64,000 bases of DNA, from positions 26,904 to 90,903 of IMG/VR virus record IMGVR_UViG_3300031999_000008; one strand, given 5' to 3'. Below, piece by piece: positions 1 through 9,316 of the stretch. Each line of letters starts with the position of its first letter. The first letter of the stretch is position 1. Origin of the DNA: a virus. The notes under the pieces were generated by a model that saw nothing but the letters and a program-made list of their open reading frames with translations, was not told the DNA's origin and did no database searches. Position numbers and translations under genes: made by a program.

Positions 1-1
1 T

Positions 2-106
2 GCCGGCCCTGTGCGTAAGTACAAAACAAAGAAAGAAGCGATGGCCGCTTACCATAGTGGGGAGATCACTATGAATACTCCTGTCGAAATACTAGAATCG
101 GCCTAG
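2..106 (+). CDS. 3' end of an RNA polymerase beta'-like subunit (N-terminal/catalytic fragment, truncated by the window edge)
   Basis: Frame 2 reads AGPVRKYKTKKEAMAAYHSGEITMNTPVEILESA*, resembling the beta' 'EA..AY..G.I.L...V' segment that precedes the region where ORF 1129 begins. Confidence 0.6.
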   Translation, partial: AGPVRKYKTKKEAMAAYHSGEITMNTPVEILESA

Positions 107-119
107 TATCGAGGCACCC

Positions 120-443
120 ATGCCCTTCAAGAGTGAGAGACAAAGACGTCTGTTCCATGTCAAAGCCGACAAGGGTGAAATCCCCCAATCAACGGTTAGC
201 GAGTGGGAACACGCTACTAAAAATAAGAAGGCCCTCCCTGAGCACGTAGCTAAGGAAGCCTACGCTCAAGGCAAAAGAGCAGCAGCTGTCAAAGTAGGCT
301 TCATGGAAGACGTAGATCCTGAAGACTTACCTGCGCCGTTAAAGCATCGTAAAGAAAAATATCTACGTGAGTTGTATCGACTAAACGCAGCCACGGGATT
401 GCCTGCTGGCGGACTTATTTCGGAGGATTCCCGTGAAAGCTAA
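120..443 (+). CDS. Hypothetical virion-associated protein (MPFKS-type N-terminus, internal YAQGKRAAAVKVG tag)
   Basis: ORF track; GAGG RBS upstream; tag motif shared with other ORFs. Confidence 0.6.
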   Translation: MPFKSERQRRLFHVKADKGEIPQSTVSEWEHATKNKKALPEHVAKEAYAQGKRAAAVKVGFMEDVDPEDLPAPLKHRKEKYLRELYRLNAATGLPAGGLISEDSRES

Positions 444-900
444 GACGTCTATGTTCGCAGTTGTGGCTATGGCCTCGTTTCTGTTGGCTGGTTGTGACTT
501 CCTAAAAACAACGACGGGCCAAGCCATCATGGACTACGTACTTCAAGCGGTTGTTCTTATCGTGACGCCTGTCGTGTTACTGCTCGCTAAACGCGTTGTA
601 CAGATTGTCGAACAAAAGACAGGTTTAGCCGCTTCAGCGCACCAGCTAGCCCTCGTAGACGACGCTGTGTATAAAGGCGTTGCCTACGCGGAAGAGCAGG
701 GCCGTAAAGCCTTTAAAGTCAACGAGCCTATTCCTGACGGGAATATGAAGCGGCAAATGGCAACTGAATTTGCATTGGATATGGTAAAGAACCACAATGC
801 AGCCGAAATTAGCCGCGACTACCTACTGAAGATGGTCGAAGCACACGTAAACCTTGCCCGGGATCCCGCCGATAAGAAGGTAGCCAATGCGCCTGTATAA
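433..900 (+). CDS. Holin LL-H-like membrane protein with lipobox
   Basis: Signal peptide ending LLAGC, one TM helix, 'AVYKGVAYAEEQ...G..K..MA' pattern typical of LL-H holin-like proteins. Confidence 0.5.
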   Translation: MKAKTSMFAVVAMASFLLAGCDFLKTTTGQAIMDYVLQAVVLIVTPVVLLLAKRVVQIVEQKTGLAASAHQLALVDDAVYKGVAYAEEQGRKAFKVNEPIPDGNMKRQMATEFALDMVKNHNAAEISRDYLLKMVEAHVNLARDPADKKVANAPV

Positions 901-1129
901 CCATGGCCGTAGAGCGCTACTCATGAAGCTAGGGCTCGACGCCGAAGCGTTCACCCAAATGGTTCAACAAGACGATACTGCTGACTTCGTAAATCAAAAT
1001 ACGACGTCTAAAGACATGAACCAGAATCTGGATAAAGCGCCTGCATGGGGTAGCCAGAGCTCCATGGAAGCTGGCGACGCAGGCACTCGCAATTACCAGA
1101 TGGGTCTTCCTCGCGCAGGCGCGGTGTAG
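887..1129 (+). CDS. Small tagged hypothetical protein
   Basis: N-terminal YNHGRRALLMKLG tag; coupled to neighbours. Confidence 0.6.
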   Translation: MRLYNHGRRALLMKLGLDAEAFTQMVQQDDTADFVNQNTTSKDMNQNLDKAPAWGSQSSMEAGDAGTRNYQMGLPRAGAV

Positions 1130-2940
1130 TGTCTAAAACGCTGGGTCAGTATTTGTTGGATGGGGCGATACCCGTTGGGTACCGCCCTAAAGACGTATAT
1201 TCTAAGTCCGATCTACGTAGCAATATGCTGCGATTAGCTAAGGATGATCCAGCGCGTTACACAAAAACAATTACAGAAGTAAAGCGTTTAGGCGATGAAT
1301 TCGCCACTAATTTAGGTATATCAGTAGGCCTTGATGATATCGAGCCCTTGTATAAAACACGCGACGCCATTACCAAGCCCGCGTTGGCTCGCGTTAAAAA
1401 AGCCAAGACCAAAACAGAGCGGCAAGACATTATCTCGGAAACTCAGGATAAACTCCTAGAGTACGCCATGAAGCACCCAGGAACCATGGGTGAAATGGCA
1501 CGGTCCGGCGCACGGGGTAGCTCGCTCCAACTCATGCGTGCCGTAGGCGCACCCGCCGCAAGTAGCGACGAAAAAGATGATCTACAAGGTTGGCTGACAA
1601 CGCACAGTTATGCGGAAGGCCTTCGTCCTTCAGAGTGGTGGGCCAATAACCGTGAAGCCCGAATGGCTGCGGTAAAGACTCAGAATGAGGTCATGGAGCC
1701 CGGCGATTTATCTAAGATTTTGATCAACAATACCAGTGATCAAATCGTGACTATATCGGATTGTGGCACCAAAAACGGCCTACTTATAGCGCTTACGGAT
1801 TCACATATTCTAGATCGCTTTACGGCACGCACCGAACACGGACTGCCTCGCAATACGCTCATGACTCCCCGGGTTGTAAGCACGCTACAGCAGCAAAAAG
1901 TCGAACGCATGTTGATGCGGTCACCTATGACTTGCGAAGCGCAGCACGGCATCTGCCAACATTGTGCAGGTTTGAGTACGCTCGGCGTCATTAACAAGAT
2001 CGGTGAAAATTTAGGCATTCGTGCAAGCCAGTCGTTAGGGGAACCCCTTACGCAACTCGCGCTGAATGCTAAACACGGCGTCCGTCTTTCAGGTGCTAAC
2101 CCGCTAGAAACCACCGGGCTAGAGGGCTTTCGCAAGCTGCTAGAATCCCCTGCGTCCTTCAAGAATAAAGCGACGCTCGCTCCTGAAGACGGCGTCGTTA
2201 CCGCGATTTCAAAAGCACCTCAGGGTGGCTATTACGTCACGGTCAACGAAAGTAAGACGTACGTGTCCCAGGGGTTAAAACCTACTGTCTCTATAGGCAC
2301 GACCGTCCATGCTGGCGACGTTCTATCTGAGGGGACGCCGCGCCCCGATGAGGTTGTGCATTACAAAGGCCTCGGCGCAGGCCGTGCCTACCTCGTGAAT
2401 AAGCTCGGCGGCATCTACAAAGATAGCAAAATAAACGTAGATCGTCGGCATTTTGAAGTACTCGCGAAGTCTACGCTCAACCACGTACGTATTGAGGACG
2501 TGGACGATGCTGACTCTGCGGCACATGGTCTCGTACGTGGTGATGTAATCGACTACAACCGTTATCGTAATATCGTGGGCGACAAGACACAGCACACGGA
2601 TATAGATAACGCTGAAGGTAAGTACCTCGGTGAGGGTGTATTGCACCATTTGGCAGGTACGCAGATTACGCAGCCAATGCTAGCTGAAATAAAAGATGCC
2701 GGATTTACTAAGGTACGCACGGCTAGCCAGGCGCCTGTTGTGTCTGCGGTCATCGCGCCTGCGACGCGTAATCCTCTGTTGAATCCCGACTGGCTTGTTC
2801 GGATGGGACATCGTTATTTGAAGCAGTCCCTTTTAGAGGGAGCCCAAAAGGGACAAACTTCTAACATTCACGGCACGAGTCCGGTCCCCGGTCTCGTATT
2901 CAGCGGGGAATTCGGTGAGGGTGAAAATGGCCAATACTAA
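1129..2940 (+). CDS. Phage multisubunit RNA polymerase beta'-like subunit, C-terminal half
   Basis: Motifs SVGLDDI, MARSGARGS, SYAEGL, DCGT, RSPMTC-x6-C-x2-C (Zn), ASQSLGEPLTQLALNAKHG (trigger loop), RHFEVL; no NADFDGD in this ORF. Confidence 0.93.
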   Translation: MSKTLGQYLLDGAIPVGYRPKDVYSKSDLRSNMLRLAKDDPARYTKTITEVKRLGDEFATNLGISVGLDDIEPLYKTRDAITKPALARVKKAKTKTERQDIISETQDKLLEYAMKHPGTMGEMARSGARGSSLQLMRAVGAPAASSDEKDDLQGWLTTHSYAEGLRPSEWWANNREARMAAVKTQNEVMEPGDLSKILINNTSDQIVTISDCGTKNGLLIALTDSHILDRFTARTEHGLPRNTLMTPRVVSTLQQQKVERMLMRSPMTCEAQHGICQHCAGLSTLGVINKIGENLGIRASQSLGEPLTQLALNAKHGVRLSGANPLETTGLEGFRKLLESPASFKNKATLAPEDGVVTAISKAPQGGYYVTVNESKTYVSQGLKPTVSIGTTVHAGDVLSEGTPRPDEVVHYKGLGAGRAYLVNKLGGIYKDSKINVDRRHFEVLAKSTLNHVRIEDVDDADSAAHGLVRGDVIDYNRYRNIVGDKTQHTDIDNAEGKYLGEGVLHHLAGTQITQPMLAEIKDAGFTKVRTASQAPVVSAVIAPATRNPLLNPDWLVRMGHRYLKQSLLEGAQKGQTSNIHGTSPVPGLVFSGEFGEGENGQY

Positions 2941-3319
2941 TTATTACGAAGCGGGGCGTAGCGCCGCGCGAGCCCGTTTTGAGAAAACAGCTTTGATCGG
3001 CGCAGCCATTGGTGCCATGAAGGCCAAAGAAATGAATCCCAAAGATCCTCAACTCTTTCCCGGTGCTATTGCGGGTGAGTTAGGTGGTTTGGGTGGCATG
3101 GCGCTCGGACAAACCGTAGGGGCTGTAGGCGGAGGCTTAGTGGGAGCTGCCGCAGGTATTCCACTGAGCATCCTGCTCAAAAAACCCGAACTACTTTCAC
3201 ATCTCGCAAACGCCGGTGCAATGGTGGGTATGGTAGGCGGCGGCATCGGGGGCTTTGTGCACGGCGCTAGGCGCTTGCCCGAAGCGGTCCTTAAAGATAC
3301 CCGTAAGCCAAAGAAGTAA
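2927..3319 (+). CDS. Tagged glycine-zipper membrane protein
   Basis: Start MANTNY; YEAGRSAARARFEKTA leader followed by GxxxG-rich hydrophobic helices. Confidence 0.65.
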   Translation: MANTNYYEAGRSAARARFEKTALIGAAIGAMKAKEMNPKDPQLFPGAIAGELGGLGGMALGQTVGAVGGGLVGAAAGIPLSILLKKPELLSHLANAGAMVGMVGGGIGGFVHGARRLPEAVLKDTRKPKK

Positions 3320-3349
3320 AACCGAGTATGTTCCTGAACACAACAGTTA

Positions 3350-3378
3350 TTGGGCTAGACAATCAACCAGCCTATGAT
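3350..3378 (+). promoter_or_regulatory. sigma70-like promoter TTGGGC-N17-TATGAT
   Basis: 17-bp spacing, intergenic. Confidence 0.5.
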
Positions 3379-3442
3379 TAACGTGCGGCCTCTAGAGACG
3401 CAGAGAGCTACCATGTCGAATTCACCGTTTTTTAAGCGAGCC
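3350..3442 (+). repeat. Direct repeat copy 1 (93 bp; promoter plus first 10 codons of ORF 4252)
   Basis: 8 mismatches versus 4189-4281 by manual alignment. Confidence 0.9.
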
Positions 3443-3487
3443 CTGTGCTCGGTCTATTCTTCAGCAGTGAATTCGGAGAGGGGACCG

Positions 3488-4159
3488 ATGGCAAATATTG
3501 ACTATATCGCCGGTTCCGACGCTGCTGCGTATACTTTTTTAAAAACGGCAGTGACGCCGGCTTGGATTAAAGATCGTCTACGTAATGTCAGGTACGCTCT
3601 AAATGCGGATGAAGTCGCCGAGGTAGGACGTCCCGCTTTGACGTCAATCGCTAAGCGGCTTAACAACTCTATGAAATCAAATGACTCTGTGTTAAATAAT
3701 CTCGAACCACTTGTACAACACGAGTACAAACAAAATAGGTTTAAGGTTATTATGGGTACCAATGCTCCGGGTACGTACCCACATCATCAGGGTGATCATA
3801 CTAACTATACAAACTTTTTAAATAGTGCCGGCCGGCGTACTGGCGTATTGGGAACAGCGCCCGTTACGCCCCACGGCGAATACGTTTACGAACGTATGCC
3901 GAGTCTATACGCTTGGGATAAACGTAAGACACTGAATATGCGACTCGAACAATTGCGACGGCAACTGGATGCTAGCGTGGCGCAGAGTGCGCCTAAGCTG
4001 AATAAACCGCTACCACCAACGCCGGCCGCAACACCCGCAGTAGCAGGTCCTCTGCGTAATCCGTTTAAACTAAGAGCGCAGTTAACGCCAAGTCCGTACG
4101 CGGACGGCCGTTTTAATCACACGCGCCCCCAAATTCCACAACCCGTGCCCTACCGCTAG
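3488..4159 (+). CDS. Tagged hypothetical protein
   Basis: GGAGAGGG RBS before ATG 3488; YIAGSDAAAYTFLKTA leader; Pro-rich tail. Confidence 0.6.
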   Translation: MANIDYIAGSDAAAYTFLKTAVTPAWIKDRLRNVRYALNADEVAEVGRPALTSIAKRLNNSMKSNDSVLNNLEPLVQHEYKQNRFKVIMGTNAPGTYPHHQGDHTNYTNFLNSAGRRTGVLGTAPVTPHGEYVYERMPSLYAWDKRKTLNMRLEQLRRQLDASVAQSAPKLNKPLPPTPAATPAVAGPLRNPFKLRAQLTPSPYADGRFNHTRPQIPQPVPYR

Positions 4160-4188
4160 ACGTAAAACCAGTGCGACTACGAAACACC

Positions 4189-4217
4189 TTGGACTAGACA
4201 ATCAACCAGCCTATGAT
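4189..4217 (+). promoter_or_regulatory. sigma70-like promoter TTGGAC-N17-TATGAT
   Basis: 17-bp spacing upstream of the head gene block. Confidence 0.55.
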
Positions 4218-4281
4218 TAACGCGATGCCTCTAGAGGAGCAGAGATCTACCATGTCGAATTCACCGCTTTTTAAGCGAGCC
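4189..4281 (+). repeat. Direct repeat copy 2 (93 bp)
   Basis: Matches 3350-3442; intact GAGGAG RBS here. Confidence 0.9.
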
Positions 4282-5520
4282 TTTGTTCGCGGACTGAACG
4301 CCGAGCTCATCCGCCAGGGCACCGTTGTGTATCCTTCTAAGGAAGCAGCGGATGCGTCGGCCGACTATGTCGCGGATCAATCAGGCATGCCCGACCCCTA
4401 TTTTGAGGGCGAAGCGCTTGACATCAAGACGGCGGGCACTCTCTGCGAGTACCTCATCAAAGCGGCTGAATATCAGTGCCAGCAAGCCGGGGATAAGTAC
4501 AACCCGACCGTGACTAAGACGGCGCAGGAAAGCACGCCTGTGGCTGTTGCCACTCACGACGCCTGGGCGTTGATGGAAAAGGCTGCATCGGAGACGGGCT
4601 CTCTTGTTGAAGGCGGCAAAGATCCGAACACAGAGCCGGACGCCGCTCGCGACAACGCCGAAGCCGCACTGGATATGAAGAATCGTCCCCAGGGTTATGC
4701 GCACCTCGGCGAAAAAGGCGTTGGCAATTACGAGGATCCCAGCGAGGGAACCGTAGGCCACCAAGCGAAGCATCCGATGGCTCCCGGCGCTACGGGACAC
4801 GATACAAATTCGCTCAACAAGGGTGCGTCTCTGTCGGAGATCGTCCGTCGCGTTGGCACCAAGACGGCTGCCGGTACGGGCACGCTCGTTACTGGCGGCA
4901 CGCAACCCAACACGTTGGCGGCTGCGGCGCAGCATGAGTCGTTGGCTGCGCTTGAGCAGAAAAATCGTCCCGAAGGCTACGCTCACCGCGGTGAGAAGGC
5001 TGTCGGAACCACGGAGTTTAAGATTCCGTCGAGCGCTGTGATGGGTCATGAGCAACCGCACCCGCACGTTCCGGGTGCCACTGCATCGGGCAGCAACTCG
5101 ATCATTGCGCAGACCAAGAACGCTTTCGATCAACTCTTCGCCAAGACGGCAGAGCAGGTTGTTCCGTATCTCCCCGAGAATATGGACGACAACATGAAGG
5201 TTGGCCACGTCCGCGCAATGCTCGGATTAGAGACGTCTGAGCGCGCCGATTACCTCGGCAATCTGTACTCCTCGTTGGGTGCCCAGAAGGAAGCTGCGGA
5301 GTCGGTGCGGGATCATTTCCGTAAGTCGGCGGCGCATGCCGAGCCCGATGGTGATGAGTGTGAGTCGACCGATAAAGCCGCCCCCATGTTTCCTCCCGCG
5401 ATGAAGGCGCATGAGAAGACGGAATCCAAGAAGGAAGAAGCTGCTGAAAAGGAAGCTTCTGCGGCGCCTACGCGAGCCCTCACAGGCCTGCGCGACCGGC
5501 TTGCTAACCTGAGTCGCTAA
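4252..5520 (+). CDS. Putative abundant internal head protein with ~75-aa internal duplication and many K-x-A sites
   Basis: GAGGAG RBS; two copies of TG.LV.GG..PNT...KNRP.GYAH.GEK.VG...HP..PGAT; KTA/KAA/KEA/KNA/KSA sites. Confidence 0.65.
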   Translation: MSNSPLFKRAFVRGLNAELIRQGTVVYPSKEAADASADYVADQSGMPDPYFEGEALDIKTAGTLCEYLIKAAEYQCQQAGDKYNPTVTKTAQESTPVAVATHDAWALMEKAASETGSLVEGGKDPNTEPDAARDNAEAALDMKNRPQGYAHLGEKGVGNYEDPSEGTVGHQAKHPMAPGATGHDTNSLNKGASLSEIVRRVGTKTAAGTGTLVTGGTQPNTLAAAAQHESLAALEQKNRPEGYAHRGEKAVGTTEFKIPSSAVMGHEQPHPHVPGATASGSNSIIAQTKNAFDQLFAKTAEQVVPYLPENMDDNMKVGHVRAMLGLETSERADYLGNLYSSLGAQKEAAESVRDHFRKSAAHAEPDGDECESTDKAAPMFPPAMKAHEKTESKKEEAAEKEASAAPTRALTGLRDRLANLSR

Positions 5521-5730
5521 ATGCGGCTCACACGAGCAGCATTAGAGCTCGGACTTCAGCTTGTTCAAACTAAGCTCGGGCAGGCCATGGGCGTCCCGGG
5601 CTTTTCCGTTTATGCACCTGAAGAAGCTGAAGCCCTAGCGCCACAACCGTCGATCTTCCAGCAGACACACAAAAAAACGCCGTCTACCACGGCGCATATA
5701 AATTCTCCGAAGATCGTAACTACCCGGTAA
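5521..5730 (+). CDS. Small tagged hypothetical protein
   Basis: LELGLQLVQTKLG tag variant; abuts the upstream stop. Confidence 0.5.
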   Translation: MRLTRAALELGLQLVQTKLGQAMGVPGFSVYAPEEAEALAPQPSIFQQTHKKTPSTTAHINSPKIVTTR

Positions 5731-5800
5731 GCTAATCGGCTAGACTCCCTACGCATCAAGAAGTCTTCTGCCTCAGCAGTTACCCTACGGTAAAAAATAC

Positions 5801-8800
5801 ATGGCCACCATTAAAAAAGCCCTGTTTTCTCCGGCTGTAAACGCTCAACAGCAGATGCCCAATGCTGCGGATGAGCAGCAGCTGTTCGAAGACAAGTTTG
5901 GGCAGATGGCGTATCAAGCCTTCTCGTCTAAGTTTCCCGATCTCGTAACAGAAATCGTTACGTTTAAGATCTTGGATGCAGACTTAGCCACGGGAACGGC
6001 TGTTGGTGCGTTCATTCTCGAACAGGAGAGCGATTACGTTTACGTACCCGCTGTGTTGTCTGAAAATGAGCTTAAGCCGTTTGATTTAATGTACGTAAAA
6101 GCGAAGGATATATTTCTTCCGCTTACCAACGACTGGTTAGAAGAAGTAAAAAAGGGCACGATCTCGTCGCTCGGCGAAGGCAGCAAGCTCCCTGAAACGG
6201 TTCCCACTGACGTGGATATCCGTAACATCGTAGTGCCGCCGACGACGGGACGGTACAGCTATGCCAGCTATAATTCGGTTTCTCCTCGGAGTCGCCTTGA
6301 GGCTCAGGCGACAGAGCCGCTGGGACGAAAACTGACCAAGATTGCAGGCGTCGGTCCTTTTCCGGGCAATGGTCAGCCTGGGATGCAATCTGACTTTAAC
6401 CCGCAGCTGTGGGCGACGTTCGTTGAACAATTTCAACGCACGCAGCAACAGACTCCCGGTCAGGCTTTGGACAGCGGATCTCTCGACGTAGAGACGATGG
6501 CCAAGATGTACAAGTCTCACACGAAGACGTGGGAGATGATGGCTGACCCGAGTGCCAATCCTTTGGCCAATGCGCAAATGCCGGGTCTTGCAGCGGACGG
6601 GTCGGGTGCGCAAGCACAAGGTCAGATGCCGCAACAGGGGCAAGCCCCGCAACAAGCGCAGCCCCAAGCCCAAGCTCCGGGTATGCCCCCTGCCATGAAG
6701 ATGGGCAGCCTTCCGGGTGAAATAGCCCAGGACTTAGTGCCTGCTGCACGGCCGCGTACAATTGGGAGTAAGCTTGAAAAAGTAATTACCAATCTTGTAC
6801 GTAATGCGGGCATTGGCGCAGTCACGGGTGGTGTTGCCAACGCAGCGCATAACGAAGGTAACGACATTGGTGGCGCTGCAGCCCGTGGTGCCCTGGGCGG
6901 TACCGCCTTGGGTTTTCTTGGTGGCCATGCTGCAGAAGAATTGGCCGCGCAAACCGGAGCCAAGGCAAATCCCGAACGTCTTCAATCGTTAGGGCGTATT
7001 ACTGGCGCAATGGGCGGCGGGTATCTTGCAGGTCGTGCAAACCCTACGCAATTTTCGATGCCCAGCATGGGCGGCAACAGTGATTACGCTACGCGTTACG
7101 CTGCCGATCACGGTGAAAACTTAAAGAGCATGTTCCGCCATGCCCAGAAAAAGAAGAAGCCGTACACCAAGCGCTTGCCGGAGTTTTTGGCAAAGGCGCC
7201 CTCCCGTGTCAAAAAGGCCTACCTAAAGGTCCTTAGTACGAATCCGGAACTGTTGAAGAAGACAGCGGAATTGTATGGCGAAGAAGCGCTTATTCAGGCG
7301 CTTTCTGAAACCAAGACCGCCAGCGGAGGCCCTGCGCCTGCCATGGGCTCGCCGGCTCGCGGCAGCTTGCGTGTTGCGGATCGCAGTACCAAGCCGGGTA
7401 CATACACAGACTTTTTCGGTGAAGCCGCACCGGCCGCCTTCAAGGGCGTATTGATGCGCGGATACTATTTCGACGACACGCGCCCCAAGCTGAACTTGGC
7501 CGTGCACGTCGAAACAAAACACGACTACCAAGACACACTTGGCACGGGTATCTACCGATTGTTTACGTCGGAAGGTTCTGCCAAGAACGCTCTTGTATTT
7601 AGCGAACCTTTTGATCTCACGAGTGACGCGCGAATTACTTTCCCGCGTAACGACTCGCGCGTTAAGCGTCCGCAAACACGCGTGCCTTTCGATGAGTTCA
7701 ATAAGGAACCTAACAGCGCGCCTGGTTTCGAACGGCGTCCGTTTGCCGACGAAGACGTGGGCCGTTCGCACGACTACAGGCGTCTGGCGGTCCTGGAAAA
7801 CGGGGACTTCGTTCTAACAAACAAGCTTTTTGGTGAATTAAGCACCGAAGGCGCGTTGAAGGGCTCCAAGCTCTACAACACCGTTATGAAAGATGGCACG
7901 TCCAAGCCTTCCAAGGGTACGGGCATGTTCATCACAAAGCGTGGCGCGTCCTATCTCGGTACACTGCCTGTTGAAATCAGTGAATTGTCTACGGGCTCCA
8001 ATGGAGTAATCCGCGGCAAGATTTCTAGCCAGTCGGGTTTCGGCGTAAAGAGCTTCGTAATCGATCCGCGTTCGCCCATTAACCGTCCCATGAAAATGAA
8101 AGACGAAAGTCTTGTCATTATTCCTGCGGGCTGGCAGTGGATGAGTTTGGGCAAGCGCCTAGACAACGACAATTTCATGAGCTCAAGCACCGGCTTGAGT
8201 GACGTAGTCATGAACGCGCTTGGATCGATGGGCGTCCATGAAGCTGTCGTGCGTAATGCCGGACAGAGCATGTACGACGTTGATGGCACACGTACGCTCA
8301 ACAAGAGCGCAGCGTTGCAATTAATCGCGTCTAAATACTACGTACACGCCTCTGCGGCTGAGGCAATGTTGAAAATTGCGTCACACCAGAATGTGTGCCG
8401 TGCACATATCGTTTCGCCCGAAGCGTACGGTATGCTCAAGTACCGTGTGAAGATCGCACAAGGCGAGGCGGCACCCCAGACCTCGATGGGCGGCCCGCCC
8501 GCAATGCAGCAACCGCTGCCGCCTCCGGTAGCTATGCCTCCACTTCCTGGGGCAGCGCCGGGCTTGCCTCCCGCAATGCAAAACGCTCCGGCTCCTGCGC
8601 CTGAGCCGCAAGGGCCGTCCCCCGTGGATCAAGCCTTCGGCGAAGCCATGGACGGTCTGCAACAACAAATGACCGCCCTCCAAGCACAGCTCGATGTGCT
8701 TAATACGGTGCAACAGCGTGCGCAGCAGATTGCGGGCGGCGGCGGCGCAGATGACGCAGGTGCTCCGCCGGCGGAAGACCCCAGCATGCAGGGTATGCCT

Positions 8801-9316
8801 CCCGGCATGTCACCTGACATGGGCAGTGCGCCCGACGCCGGGGCACCTCCGGCTGACCCCAATGCGCAAGCGGGCATGGACCCCAATGCGCAAGCGGGCA
8901 TGGACCCCAACGACCCAAACGCGCAGGCTGCACAGCCCTCCATGCCGATCATGCGCACGGAAGAGCCGTCCTCGGATGAGATTGCCTCGCAAATTAATCC
9001 TGCGTTCCTACAAGACGCAGCTAATTTGCATGAGACAGGCGCATTCGACGCAGGGACTATCGCCTCCCTAGCGCGTAACGGAAATATGAAGTCTGTTACG
9101 TCGCAGTACGCCGCGTCTCTCGAAGAGAGCGTAGATGACCTGGGTCGCACCCTGCTTACGCTCTACATGCAGGAGCCTAAGCTCAAAGAACAACTAGGCG
9201 ACGATACATTCCTTGACCTTGAAACCCAACTTCGGGATACCTTTCAAGGCCTCGGTAAACTCGTACTGTCTTTGACGCACAACGCTTCGATGCTCGACCC
9301 CAATGCGATCGCCTAA
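5801..9316 (+). CDS. Large putative head/inner-body protein (1171 aa; glycine-zipper segment, Pro/Gln-rich linkers, K-x-A sites)
   Basis: Long ORF in the head module; KIA/KMG/KTA sites flank modules. Confidence 0.6.
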   Translation: MATIKKALFSPAVNAQQQMPNAADEQQLFEDKFGQMAYQAFSSKFPDLVTEIVTFKILDADLATGTAVGAFILEQESDYVYVPAVLSENELKPFDLMYVKAKDIFLPLTNDWLEEVKKGTISSLGEGSKLPETVPTDVDIRNIVVPPTTGRYSYASYNSVSPRSRLEAQATEPLGRKLTKIAGVGPFPGNGQPGMQSDFNPQLWATFVEQFQRTQQQTPGQALDSGSLDVETMAKMYKSHTKTWEMMADPSANPLANAQMPGLAADGSGAQAQGQMPQQGQAPQQAQPQAQAPGMPPAMKMGSLPGEIAQDLVPAARPRTIGSKLEKVITNLVRNAGIGAVTGGVANAAHNEGNDIGGAAARGALGGTALGFLGGHAAEELAAQTGAKANPERLQSLGRITGAMGGGYLAGRANPTQFSMPSMGGNSDYATRYAADHGENLKSMFRHAQKKKKPYTKRLPEFLAKAPSRVKKAYLKVLSTNPELLKKTAELYGEEALIQALSETKTASGGPAPAMGSPARGSLRVADRSTKPGTYTDFFGEAAPAAFKGVLMRGYYFDDTRPKLNLAVHVETKHDYQDTLGTGIYRLFTSEGSAKNALVFSEPFDLTSDARITFPRNDSRVKRPQTRVPFDEFNKEPNSAPGFERRPFADEDVGRSHDYRRLAVLENGDFVLTNKLFGELSTEGALKGSKLYNTVMKDGTSKPSKGTGMFITKRGASYLGTLPVEISELSTGSNGVIRGKISSQSGFGVKSFVIDPRSPINRPMKMKDESLVIIPAGWQWMSLGKRLDNDNFMSSSTGLSDVVMNALGSMGVHEAVVRNAGQSMYDVDGTRTLNKSAALQLIASKYYVHASAAEAMLKIASHQNVCRAHIVSPEAYGMLKYRVKIAQGEAAPQTSMGGPPAMQQPLPPPVAMPPLPGAAPGLPPAMQNAPAPAPEPQGPSPVDQAFGEAMDGLQQQMTALQAQLDVLNTVQQRAQQIAGGGGADDAGAPPAEDPSMQGMPPGMSPDMGSAPDAGAPPADPNAQAGMDPNAQAGMDPNDPNAQAAQPSMPIMRTEEPSSDEIASQINPAFLQDAANLHETGAFDAGTIASLARNGNMKSVTSQYAASLEESVDDLGRTLLTLYMQEPKLKEQLGDDTFLDLETQLRDTFQGLGKLVLSLTHNASMLDPNAIA
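8855..8911 (+). repeat. In-frame 24-bp tandem repeat (DPNAQAGM x2 plus partial)
   Basis: GACCCCAATGCGCAAGCGGGCATG repeated. Confidence 0.85.

Noticed and set aside
3374-3487. Upstream starts for ORFs 3374 and 4213
   Set aside because: The ATG lies inside the -10 box of the duplicated promoter; RBS evidence favours 3488 and 4252
5801-9316. Portal or tape-measure assignment
   Set aside because: No recognisable signatures; left as a putative head protein
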